Shown: piece by piece, positions 7,259 to 14,844 of the stretch
Numbering within the stretch: the first letter of the stretch is position 1
Layout: every line of letters begins with the position of its first letter
DNA from: a virus
DNA: 39,456 nt
Strand: one strand, 5' to 3'
Virus record (IMG/VR): IMGVR_UViG_3300045988_107369
Translations under genes and position numbers: made by a program
The notes under the pieces: model-generated
The model's input: the letters and a program-made list of their open reading frames with translations, nothing else
What the model was told of the DNA's origin: nothing
Database searches by the model: none

Positions 7259-7956
7259 CGTTTACATCACTGGCGAGCAGCTCCCGCGGCAACGCCTACG
7301 TCGTGTCGGACGGGGAAACGACCCTGCTGCTGGAGTGCGGCCTGTCGTTCAAGGAGCTGCAAAAGCGGCTCGGCTATGGTGTGGCGGACATTACCGCCTG
7401 CCTTGTCAGCCATGAGCATCAGGACCACGCCAAGGCGGCAGCACAAATGCTGAAAGCTGGCGTGCCGGTATACATGAGCGAGGGCACGGCCGCCGCCCAC
7501 AAGGATGCAATGGACGCGGCGCACCTCATCCGGGCAGGAGAGGTGCTGCGGTTCGGACACCTGACCGTTGTTCCGTTCCGCACCTATCACAATGTAGAGG
7601 AGCCACTCGGCTTTCTCATTGAGGACGGCCGCACGAAGGAGCGGCTGCTCTGGGCGGTCGATACTGCCAATCTGGGTGTCACCGCTGACCGGCTGACTTA
7701 TATCGCCGTAGAGTGCAACTACGAGGAAAGCCTGCTGGACCGCAGCGACCGCATTCCCTCGTTGCTCAAGGAGCGCATTCGGCACAGTCATTTCGAGGTG
7801 AATGACGTTATCAAATGGCTGCACAAGCAGGATCTCAGCGGCGTGCTCACCATCTGGCTGCTGCACCTGTCCGCTGGCAACAGCAGGGCAGAGGCATGGC
7901 AGCGGCGGTTTGAACGGGAGTTTCCGGGGATTGAGATTCGGATTTGTCCGGAATAA
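7246..7956 (+). CDS. MBL-fold metallo-hydrolase (putative nuclease)
   Basis: Contains the SHEHQDH (HxHxDH) motif with downstream conserved His and Asp. Confidence 0.85.
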   Translation: MPDLTFTSLASSSRGNAYVVSDGETTLLLECGLSFKELQKRLGYGVADITACLVSHEHQDHAKAAAQMLKAGVPVYMSEGTAAAHKDAMDAAHLIRAGEVLRFGHLTVVPFRTYHNVEEPLGFLIEDGRTKERLLWAVDTANLGVTADRLTYIAVECNYEESLLDRSDRIPSLLKERIRHSHFEVNDVIKWLHKQDLSGVLTIWLLHLSAGNSRAEAWQRRFEREFPGIEIRICPE

Positions 7957-7968
7957 GAGGAGAATTTC

Positions 7969-8115
7969 ATGAAGATTACATTTGATGTAGACCCGCGTAC
8001 CGCATCGGCACTGCTGAAGTACGCCGCTCGTTGGAGCATGACACCTGGCGAGATCATAGACGGTCTGATGAGATTCTACAAACGTGAGATGAAGGAGAGG
8101 TACAACCATGAGTAA
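7969..8115 (+). CDS. Ribbon-helix-helix-like small protein (48 aa, not in the ORF track)
   Basis: SD AGAGGAG. The product MKITFDVDPRTASALLKYAARWSMTPGEIIDGLMRFYKREMKERYNHE fits a beta-strand plus two helices. Overlaps the next start by 8 nt. Confidence 0.55.
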   Translation: MKITFDVDPRTASALLKYAARWSMTPGEIIDGLMRFYKREMKERYNHE

Positions 8116-8482
8116 CTTTAATAACACCGGTGAAGTTAAGGAGATCAGCATTCTGGACATGATGAACGGCGCGATCGGCGAGCGTGTGGCCTACGAGTTG
8201 ACGCGCATCATGAAAAACTGCCGCGACTTCAACACCGAGGCGAAAAAGGCGCGGACGCTGACCATCAAGCTGTCCATCGTGCCGACCGAGAACCGCGACA
8301 GCGTGGCTGTCCGTGCAGAGGTCAGCAGCAAGCTGATTCCGGTCAAGCCGATCGACGGCGCACTGCTGCTCGGCGGCACGGACGCGGAACCCATCGTTAT
8401 GGAGTACACGCCGCAGGTGCCCGGCCAGCAGTCGTTTGACCCGACGATCGACACCGAACCCAAGGTCGTCAAGCTGGCGTAA
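8108..8482 (+). CDS. Hypothetical phage early protein
   Basis: 124-aa ORF in an operon with translational coupling. No motif recognised. Confidence 0.6.
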   Translation: MSNFNNTGEVKEISILDMMNGAIGERVAYELTRIMKNCRDFNTEAKKARTLTIKLSIVPTENRDSVAVRAEVSSKLIPVKPIDGALLLGGTDAEPIVMEYTPQVPGQQSFDPTIDTEPKVVKLA

Positions 8483-8503
8483 ATCAATAGGAGGATATTC
8501 AAA

Positions 8504-9298
8504 ATGATCAAGGAAGCACTGGAATATATCGTAAACCTTTCGACTCCGCATCTGGAGTTCCGCAATGGCAGTCACTATGCAGACCGCACGCTGCACCGTA
8601 TCCCGAACGAGCTGACGGCATCGCCGCTGGCGGTACATACGCTTTCGGCGGTGCGCGACTACATTGAGAGCGGCGCAGATGAATGTGCCGAGGATGAGGA
8701 CAGCATCGGCCGCCGCTTCGTTATCCATGTTGCGGATTACGACCGCGTGTACCTGTACCGCGAGCTGAACAGCGACAAGGCGCGTGAGTGCCTGCTGGAA
8801 GCCGAGCTGTCCGCACCGACGTTCCCGTTTGGCCGCTGGCTGGGCGTGGAGGAGTTCATCATCAATATGCAGACGCATTTCGTGCCGACCGAAGTCCGCG
8901 ACACGTTGGTGCAGCTCATTAGCACGGTAACGACCGAGAACGGCGTATCGCTGGCGGATGACGGCATGACGCAGCGCGTGACGGCCCGTAGCGGTATTTC
9001 TCTTGTGAAACAGGTGAGCGTGCCGAACCCGGTTGTACTGGCGCCGTACCGCACCTTTACCGAGGTTGAGCAGCCGAAAAGTCCGTTCGTGTTTCGTATT
9101 CGCCAGACCGGCGATGAGGTGCAGGCGGCGCTCTTTGCGGCTGATGCGGATGCATGGAAGCGTGAGGCTATCGCAAATATCCGCGACTGGTTCGAGCAGC
9201 ACATTCCGCAGGAGCTCCGCGAGGACGTTATCATTGGCGTAAGCAGGCAAGGCACAGGGCGGCAACCCCGCCCTTCCTGCCCTGAAAACCGGAGGTGA
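8504..9298 (+). CDS. Hypothetical phage early protein (264 aa)
   Basis: SD AGGAGG. Long ORF with normal composition. The last ~20 codons (SRQGTGRQPRPSCPENRR) look like read-on past a likely ancestral end. Confidence 0.6.
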   Translation: MIKEALEYIVNLSTPHLEFRNGSHYADRTLHRIPNELTASPLAVHTLSAVRDYIESGADECAEDEDSIGRRFVIHVADYDRVYLYRELNSDKARECLLEAELSAPTFPFGRWLGVEEFIINMQTHFVPTEVRDTLVQLISTVTTENGVSLADDGMTQRVTARSGISLVKQVSVPNPVVLAPYRTFTEVEQPKSPFVFRIRQTGDEVQAALFAADADAWKREAIANIRDWFEQHIPQELREDVIIGVSRQGTGRQPRPSCPENRR

Positions 9299-9356
9299 TA
9301 CTACGGGCAGACCGACTAAGGACGGACTGGATTATTTCCGTCACGACATTGGACTG

Positions 9357-10274
9357 ATGAGCGACCCGAAGCTGATTACCGCACGGCGCAAGTACGGCGC
9401 AGCAGCGATCGTGGTGTACTTACAGCTGCTGGTGATGGCGTACCGCGACAAAGGCTATTATTTAGCCTACGGCGATAGCGACCGTGACGGCGTGATCTGG
9501 TCCATTAAAAGCGAAGTATTGTCCGGACGCTATGAGCCGGACGCAGAAAAAATTGCAGAGATGATAGACTGTCTGGCGGCGCACGGGCTTTTCGACGGCG
9601 ACCTGTTCCAGCAGGGCATTATCACCTCGCACAGAATCCAGGAGCACTACTATTTTGCGACTGCCGGACGAACCAATCCGGAGGTAAAGTGGGAATTGTG
9701 GCTTCTGACCGAGCAGGAAATGCGGGAGATCAGCTCTCGCAGTGTTTTGCTGCAAAAATTCATTTCCCGCGAGGGAAACCCCGGTTTCACAAGCGAGAAA
9801 CCCCAGTTTCCCTCTGACGAAAGTACACATAGTAAAGTAAAAGAAAAAGATAGGAATATAGATAGTAATTCTACTCTACTACACAGTGACGTGGAGGGAA
9901 TTTTAGGTGAACGGCTGAACAAGGCCAACCGCTCTGCTATCGCCAAGATGAGGTCATTAGGAATGACCGATGAGGTGATAACCGCCACTGCGCATTATGC
10001 AGTCGGCCACGCCAAGAACGACAGCCGCGGTTATGTGCCGTACTTTATGACGGTCCTGCGGGAGCGCCTGAAAAACGGCGTGCTGACGGCAGCGGACCTG
10101 ACCAGGCCGAAGGAGCAGAGCAGACCCAAGCAGGCGGACGACGGCGGCTATCTCAGCCCGACGAACATCGGTGGTACTGAACGGCAGCAGGACGATTCGC
10201 AGCTTTCGGACTGGGAGCGGGAATGGAAAAATCGGGTTATGAACCGCAGTAAGGAGAACAATGGCGAAGTGTAA
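9357..10274 (+). CDS. Replisome organiser: DUF4373 (Lin1244-like) N-terminal domain plus DnaD-like C-terminal domain. The annotated ATG truncates the conserved N-terminus
   Basis: In-frame upstream codons 9306..9356 encode GRPTKDGLDYFRHDIGL, the family-typical N-terminus. SD GGAGGTG at 9291..9297 is followed at correct spacing by ACG (9303), not ATG. C-terminus contains YVPYFMTVLRERLKNGVLTAADL. Confidence 0.75.
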   Translation: MSDPKLITARRKYGAAAIVVYLQLLVMAYRDKGYYLAYGDSDRDGVIWSIKSEVLSGRYEPDAEKIAEMIDCLAAHGLFDGDLFQQGIITSHRIQEHYYFATAGRTNPEVKWELWLLTEQEMREISSRSVLLQKFISREGNPGFTSEKPQFPSDESTHSKVKEKDRNIDSNSTLLHSDVEGILGERLNKANRSAIAKMRSLGMTDEVITATAHYAVGHAKNDSRGYVPYFMTVLRERLKNGVLTAADLTRPKEQSRPKQADDGGYLSPTNIGGTERQQDDSQLSDWEREWKNRVMNRSKENNGEV

Positions 10275-10467
10275 ATTCTGCGGACAGGGTGTGCGGATCG
10301 CGCCGGTGTTCCATCCGGCCTGCTGGGTGCAGGCAGTAGGCAAGGCGGCGGAGGTGTTCTGCGATGACTATTGCAGATACCCGCGTGAACTGGATCAGGA
10401 AAAGCTGCTGGAGCAGTGCATGGAGTGTCCGCTAGTGCGCCTGACAGAGCTGGGAGGGGAAGTATGA
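10261..10467 (+). CDS. Small Cys-rich protein (putative zinc-binding)
   Basis: SD AAGGAG. The product starts MAKCKFCGQ and contains HPAC, CDDYC and CMEC. Confidence 0.55.
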   Translation: MAKCKFCGQGVRIAPVFHPACWVQAVGKAAEVFCDDYCRYPRELDQEKLLEQCMECPLVRLTELGGEV

Positions 10468-10805
10468 TGCTGGAACTGACAAAGCAGGACATTCTCGCCC
10501 TGACGAACGAGAGCAAGTGCAAGGCCGTGCTGTCTGACTGGCGTAACTGGGGCATCTGGCACAAGGCGCCCGAGATCGGGCTTAGCGTGTACCGGCTCGA
10601 CCTGCCGGACGGCAGCTTTTTCACCGCCAGCTGGTATGAGGGCGACGACTTCTTTCCGGGCGGCAGCATGGGCAACGTCAATCGTCCGCGTTTCAATCTC
10701 TGCAACAAGGGCGGCAAGCTGAAAGCCGGGAGCAAGGCCGAGAGCCTGCTGACGGACAAGCTCAAAGAGCTGCGGAAGGAGGTGATTAGGGGTGGGAACG
10801 CCTGA
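10464..10805 (+). CDS. Hypothetical protein (113 aa)
   Basis: ATGATG overlaps the upstream stop. Normal composition. Confidence 0.55.
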   Translation: MMLELTKQDILALTNESKCKAVLSDWRNWGIWHKAPEIGLSVYRLDLPDGSFFTASWYEGDDFFPGGSMGNVNRPRFNLCNKGGKLKAGSKAESLLTDKLKELRKEVIRGGNA

Positions 10806-11028
10806 GTGCTATTACTGCAAAGCAAAGGAACACTGCATCGCCGCTGCTCTGCCGGGTTCCGTGGTGTGCATGGTCAACCGCATGAGATACGGCGGAACAC
10901 ACGCGGATGACGCTCCACCGAGAACAGGAGCGGTGTATTGCCAGTTTTGCGGACAGCCGTTAAAGGTAATCGGTCAGAAACGGTTTTGCCATAATACTCG
11001 TTGCCTGAACCGCTATAACGATGTCTGA
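10792..11028 (+). CDS. Small Cys-rich protein
   Basis: GTG start 8 nt after AAGGAGG. Contains CYYC and CQFCG..C..C pairs. Confidence 0.5.
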   Translation: MGTPECYYCKAKEHCIAAALPGSVVCMVNRMRYGGTHADDAPPRTGAVYCQFCGQPLKVIGQKRFCHNTRCLNRYNDV

Positions 11029-11041
11029 TAGGAGGATAAGC

Positions 11042-11380
11042 ATGAATACAAAAGAACTTATCGAAGCCCTCGGACAGCTGAAAGTGCAGACCGGCTCTCT
11101 GGCCTGCCTCGGCTGCGGGCATGAGCATAACTGCGGTGTGCTTGGCTGCGCCCTGATCCGCGAGGCGGTGAACCAGCTGATCGAACAGAACGGCTGGATC
11201 AACCCAAAGGAGCGCCTGCCGGAACGCGGCGTGCCGGTGCTGACGTACAACAAGTGGGGACGTGCAAGAGTGGAAACGCTGCGTACCTGGGACGAGCAGC
11301 CATATTTTGTCGGCGGGCTGAAAGCCGGAACAGATGTGCTGTTCTGGCGACCGCTGCCGCAGCTGCCGGAGGTGCAATGA
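11042..11380 (+). CDS. DUF551-like phage protein
   Basis: SD AGGAGG. C-terminal GWINPKERLPERGVPVLTY matches the W-I-x-x-x-D/E-R-L-P signature of DUF551. Confidence 0.6.
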   Translation: MNTKELIEALGQLKVQTGSLACLGCGHEHNCGVLGCALIREAVNQLIEQNGWINPKERLPERGVPVLTYNKWGRARVETLRTWDEQPYFVGGLKAGTDVLFWRPLPQLPEVQ

Positions 11381-11670
11381 TGTACATTCTGAGCGGTGAC
11401 AAGAAGCAGATCATCAACTCGGATTTCGTGGAGCGCTTTTGCATCTCGGAAAAGCCGGATGCGGCGCTCATCGTCGCAAGCTATGACAAGAACGCCAAGG
11501 TAGTAACTGTGGCGCGGTATCGTGATCTGCGGGAAGCGCAAAAGGTGCTGGGTGAATTACTCTGCGCCATCGCAGGCGGACAGGCATATTACACCATGCC
11601 GGAAAGCCTGCTGTATGCGGAGCAGCGTATCAGCAAAGATGCACGCATCAAGCGGAAAGGCGGCAGCTGA
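11377..11670 (+). CDS. Hypothetical protein (97 aa)
   Basis: Start overlaps the upstream stop (ATGATG). Coding-like composition. Confidence 0.5.
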   Translation: MMYILSGDKKQIINSDFVERFCISEKPDAALIVASYDKNAKVVTVARYRDLREAQKVLGELLCAIAGGQAYYTMPESLLYAEQRISKDARIKRKGGS

Positions 11671-11672
11671 TT

Positions 11673-11912
11673 ATGACCGACAAATCACTGGAAATGCTGA
11701 AATGGCTGCTGGAAGATCTGGAAACGGACGAGGGTGTGTGCTACAAGACCCGCAGCAGCACCTGCGCCACGGCCTGCCCGCTGTGGTACGCCGGTGCCTT
11801 TGGTGATAATATCTGTCTGCCGTCTGTGCTCGGTCACAGGGTAACACGGCTGATCCGGGACAAGCAGCTACGTGAACGAGAAAAAGGAGGAGTAACTCAT
11901 GGCAAAGACTAA
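11673..11912 (+). CDS. Hypothetical protein (79 aa)
   Basis: ORF packed tightly in the operon. Weak SD. Confidence 0.4.
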   Translation: MTDKSLEMLKWLLEDLETDEGVCYKTRSSTCATACPLWYAGAFGDNICLPSVLGHRVTRLIRDKQLREREKGGVTHGKD

Positions 11913-12276
11913 GAAAAAGCACTCCGGCAAGCCGCGGGGCATGAACTACGCGGATATGTTGGCGCGCAAGCGCATGATCCGCGAGGCGGTACAGGAGGCG
12001 GCAGACGATGCCACTGTGCGGCTGCGTACTGACGTGGCAACGCAGAAAGCACTCTGGCTGGCGGTCTGCTCGGTGGCCGATGCCTACGGGTTCGGTCCGG
12101 AGCGTATGAAGAAATTCTTCGTGGCATTCCAGGAGAACCATGACGAGATCACGCGCATGGAGAAAGAGGTCGATGCCGACTATGCCTACGAGAAGCTGCG
12201 GCTTAAAGCTGAGCGTGTAACCGGTATGAAGATTGAGTATCTGTATGAGCATGAAGCACAGGAGAATGAGGCATGA
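11899..12276 (+). CDS. Hypothetical protein (125 aa)
   Basis: SD AAGGAGG. Basic N-terminus and helical composition. Confidence 0.55.
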   Translation: MAKTKKKHSGKPRGMNYADMLARKRMIREAVQEAADDATVRLRTDVATQKALWLAVCSVADAYGFGPERMKKFFVAFQENHDEITRMEKEVDADYAYEKLRLKAERVTGMKIEYLYEHEAQENEA

Positions 12277-12467
12277 AGAAAAAGAAGATTAAAAATCTGC
12301 ACGTCCGTGTCAGCGGAGGCGTGAACATATCGGGATCGCCGTTTCTGGCGCCGAAGGTGTTCGACTGCATCATCACTAACGACGAAATCGGCAAGACGCT
12401 GAGCATCAACGACGGCAATGTGCAGTTTACCATTCCGTTTGAGCCGATTGAGCGGTTTTTGAAGTAG
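12273..12467 (+). CDS. Hypothetical protein (64 aa)
   Basis: SD AGGAG. Overlapping stop/start. Confidence 0.45.
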   Translation: MKKKKIKNLHVRVSGGVNISGSPFLAPKVFDCIITNDEIGKTLSINDGNVQFTIPFEPIERFLK

Positions 12468-12477
12468 GAGGGACGTC

Positions 12478-12780
12478 ATGAAAGCAATCCGTAAAAAGCC
12501 CGGCTGTGCGCCGGAGCTGATCGACATCGACAACACGCTGAAAGCCCTGCAGGCCGAGGTCGGCGGTTATATCGAAACCGTAACGATTACATCGGACGCC
12601 GTCATCATCTGCAACGAGGAGGGACGCATTCTCGGTCTGCCGTACAACTGCCGGTTCGTCGGCGTGGATTTCGTCGGCACGATTCTTGTGGTCGGTCGCG
12701 ACCGAGACGAGTTCTGCGATGTGCCGGAGGCTGACTTCCTGATGTATCATCTGCGAGAGGAGGACACCCATGACGATTAA
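12478..12780 (+). CDS. DUF3846-like protein
   Basis: Contains LKALQAEVGGYIETV...ICNEEGRILGLPYN...GTILVVG, which matches my recollection of the DUF3846 pattern. Confidence 0.6.
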   Translation: MKAIRKKPGCAPELIDIDNTLKALQAEVGGYIETVTITSDAVIICNEEGRILGLPYNCRFVGVDFVGTILVVGRDRDEFCDVPEADFLMYHLREEDTHDD

Positions 12781-12952
12781 CCAGGCAATCCGCATCCTCG
12801 ACCCGGAAACGACAGCCGAGGAGCTGGCAACGATCGAATACTACGGCGGTCTGCACGGCCGCGAAAAGATGGTGGCTGCGTGTGACGAGGCGTGCCACGT
12901 GGCGGTCGGCATCATGCGGAAATATCAGGAGGAGCATAAGAATATTGACTAA
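12770..12952 (+). CDS. Hypothetical protein (60 aa)
   Basis: SD GAGGAGG. Overlaps the upstream end. Confidence 0.45.
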   Translation: MTINQAIRILDPETTAEELATIEYYGGLHGREKMVAACDEACHVAVGIMRKYQEEHKNID

Positions 12953-13018
12953 ATACAGCGATAAAGTTCGGCGCTACCTCGTGTGGCGCTACGGCATTAC
13001 GGACAGGGAGGGGAAATA

Positions 13019-13417
13019 TTGAACAAGCGTGAGGACTGGTGGGAGTACACAAAGCGCATCATTCGGTCATACCCGGCGCTGCGCCGCAAGGCGGAGAGCG
13101 TAGGCGACATGCCCTGCACACCGACCTACGGCGCGTCCGGCGGCCACAGCGGCGGCGGCAGTCCGGTTGAGCGTGCGGTCGTTGACCGACTGACAGATAA
13201 GGAGCAGCGGCGGTATGATGCGGTGCGGGCTGCCATCTCGGAAACCGAGGTGATGAAGCACGGCCGCCAGCGCATGGAACTGATCGACCGCGTGTACTGG
13301 AAGCGCAGCCATACGCTGTACGGCGCGGCGATGTGCGTGCCGGTGAGCGAGAGGACAGCGCATACATGGAATGCGGAGTTTATCCGGATAGTTGAAAAAT
13401 ATTTAGATCTTCCGTGA
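13019..13417 (+). CDS. RinA/ArpU-like late-gene transcriptional activator (sigma region-4-like)
   Basis: Last gene before the packaging module. Contains WWEYTKRIIRSYPALRRK and ELIDRVYWKRSHTLYGAAMCVPVSERTAHTWNAEFIRIV. TTG 13019 follows GGGAGGGG; the ORF-track GTG at 12983 is an alternative start. Confidence 0.6.
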   Translation: MNKREDWWEYTKRIIRSYPALRRKAESVGDMPCTPTYGASGGHSGGGSPVERAVVDRLTDKEQRRYDAVRAAISETEVMKHGRQRMELIDRVYWKRSHTLYGAAMCVPVSERTAHTWNAEFIRIVEKYLDLP

Positions 13418-13459
13418 AAATTTGCCTAACGTGCACCTAAATCTGTGTTTTAATAGTAT

Positions 13460-13509
13460 CATGAAGTTGACAGGGGTGAAACGCAGACCCTGTGACCTCC
13501 TGCTTCATG
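13460..13509 (+). other. Nested imperfect palindrome or RNA stem-loop of unknown role
   Basis: CATGAAG..ACAGGG-12 nt-CCCTGT..CTTCATG. Confidence 0.4.
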
Positions 13510-13533
13510 CCATTGGAGTACATCTCTGAAAGA

Positions 13534-13558
13534 GCACTCTCGTTCGAGGGTGCTTTTT
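13534..13558 (+). terminator. Intrinsic terminator after the early/middle operon
   Basis: Stem GCACTCTCG/CGAGGGTGC followed by TTTTT. Confidence 0.6.
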
Positions 13559-13561
13559 CCA

Positions 13562-13591
13562 TTGACAATGTAATTGACCATATTGTATTGT
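13562..13591 (+). promoter_or_regulatory. Candidate sigma70 promoter upstream of the DUF2971-like gene
   Basis: TTGACA, an 18-nt spacer, then TATTGT. The leader would be very short. Confidence 0.4.
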
Positions 13592-13607
13592 AGAACCATG
13601 GAGGTGT

Positions 13608-14372
13608 ATGTTTATGTCGAGTTTGTTTAAGTATTTTCCGGCGACCTACATAAAAGATGAGAACGGAAAAGAAAGAAATTATGCTCTGGAGAGCATCAAA
13701 AATAATACTTTGTGGGCATCTATTCCTGATGAGTTTAACGACTTGTTTGAATGTGCATTTTATTACACAGAAGACGATATTTTTGATTTTATTTTATTAC
13801 AATATCCTGAAATGATAGATTGGATTGATAAAGCAAGGAATAATTGGATTGAACGGAACAAAATTCAGTCGGATTATGCTAATATGCAAGACACTATGGA
13901 GTGTATTAAGAAAAGATTTGGAATAACTTGTTTTTCGCAGACTGATATAGAATTACTCATGTGGGGACATTATGCTAATTCACATAAAGGCATATGTATC
14001 GAATATGATGAAGAAAAAATCAATAAATGCAAGATTGTCAAAGGCTATGTGTCCTATGTAGAATCGCTTCTACGAATAAAAGTTTTCACAAAAGAAGCGT
14101 TAGAGAAAGCTGGGATAGCCATGATGTTTATGAAATCGAAAAGGTGGGAATATGAACAAGAGGTTCGAGCGATAGCAACTCCTGTTAAAGTGGGTGACTT
14201 GGGTACTACTTGGGAAGCACCAATACCCAAATCAATCCGCCTTGGTGTAAAAGCAGACGAGCGCTTGAAAGCTGAAATCAAAGACTTGTGCAAAGAAAAA
14301 GGCATTGAGTTATACCAAATGGAAAGAGTGCCCGGACAATACGCAATCGAAAAAATAAAAATAGAACTGTAA
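13608..14372 (+). CDS. DUF2971-family protein; AT-rich accessory (moron) gene
   Basis: Contains SLFKYF, LWASIPDEFNDLFE, ITCFSQ..LMWGHYANSHKGICIEYD and KSKRWEYEQEVR, matching conserved DUF2971 blocks. About 37% GC in a sampled stretch versus about 63% in terL. SD spacing favours ATG 13614. Confidence 0.8.
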   Translation: MFMSSLFKYFPATYIKDENGKERNYALESIKNNTLWASIPDEFNDLFECAFYYTEDDIFDFILLQYPEMIDWIDKARNNWIERNKIQSDYANMQDTMECIKKRFGITCFSQTDIELLMWGHYANSHKGICIEYDEEKINKCKIVKGYVSYVESLLRIKVFTKEALEKAGIAMMFMKSKRWEYEQEVRAIATPVKVGDLGTTWEAPIPKSIRLGVKADERLKAEIKDLCKEKGIELYQMERVPGQYAIEKIKIEL

Positions 14373-14381
14373 CCCAGCATA

Positions 14382-14410
14382 ACCGTCTACCTCGTAGGCG
14401 GTTTTCTTTT
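14382..14410 (+). terminator. Intrinsic terminator after the DUF2971-like gene
   Basis: Stem ACCGTCTAC/GTAGGCGGT, loop CTC, then TTTCTTTT. Confidence 0.65.
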
Positions 14411-14439
14411 GCCCAGAATTCAGAAAGGACGGTGAGCGC

Positions 14440-14844
14440 GTGAGCAAACTGACAGCCAAGCAGCAGGCTTGGGTAGATTATTACAAGCAGGGCAAGACGG
14501 CGGCAGAAGCGGCGCGGCTTGCCGGATACAAGGCGAGGGATGACAACGGATTTCAGTCCATCGGCAGTGAAAACTTGCGGAAACTTGCTGTTTTCATCGC
14601 AGACCGCGACAAGCTGCTTGAAACGCCGCGCATTGCCGACATGGAGGAGATCAACGCCTTCTGGACGAACGTCATGCGCGACAAGGGCGAGGAAACCAAG
14701 GACCGGCTCAAGGCGTCCGAGCTGAGAGCGAAAGCGGCGGGCGCGTTTGTACAGCAGATCGAGCACTCCGGCACCCTTGAGGTAGACAACCCGCTTGCCG
14801 GTCTGACCACCGAGGAGCTGCGAAAGCTGGCTGACGATGGTTGA
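14440..14844 (+). CDS. terS: Terminase small subunit
   Basis: Starts LTAKQQAWVDYYKQGKTAAEAARLAGY (HTH) and contains ASELRAKAAGAF. Directly upstream of the large subunit. Confidence 0.88.
   Translation: MSKLTAKQQAWVDYYKQGKTAAEAARLAGYKARDDNGFQSIGSENLRKLAVFIADRDKLLETPRIADMEEINAFWTNVMRDKGEETKDRLKASELRAKAAGAFVQQIEHSGTLEVDNPLAGLTTEELRKLADDG

Noticed and set aside
8054-9265. 403-aa minus-strand ORF opposite the early genes
   Set aside because: It lies entirely antisense to well-supported plus-strand genes. Its translation is Arg/Ala/Leu/His-rich low-complexity sequence typical of shadow ORFs in ~60% GC DNA, with no SD and no motif.
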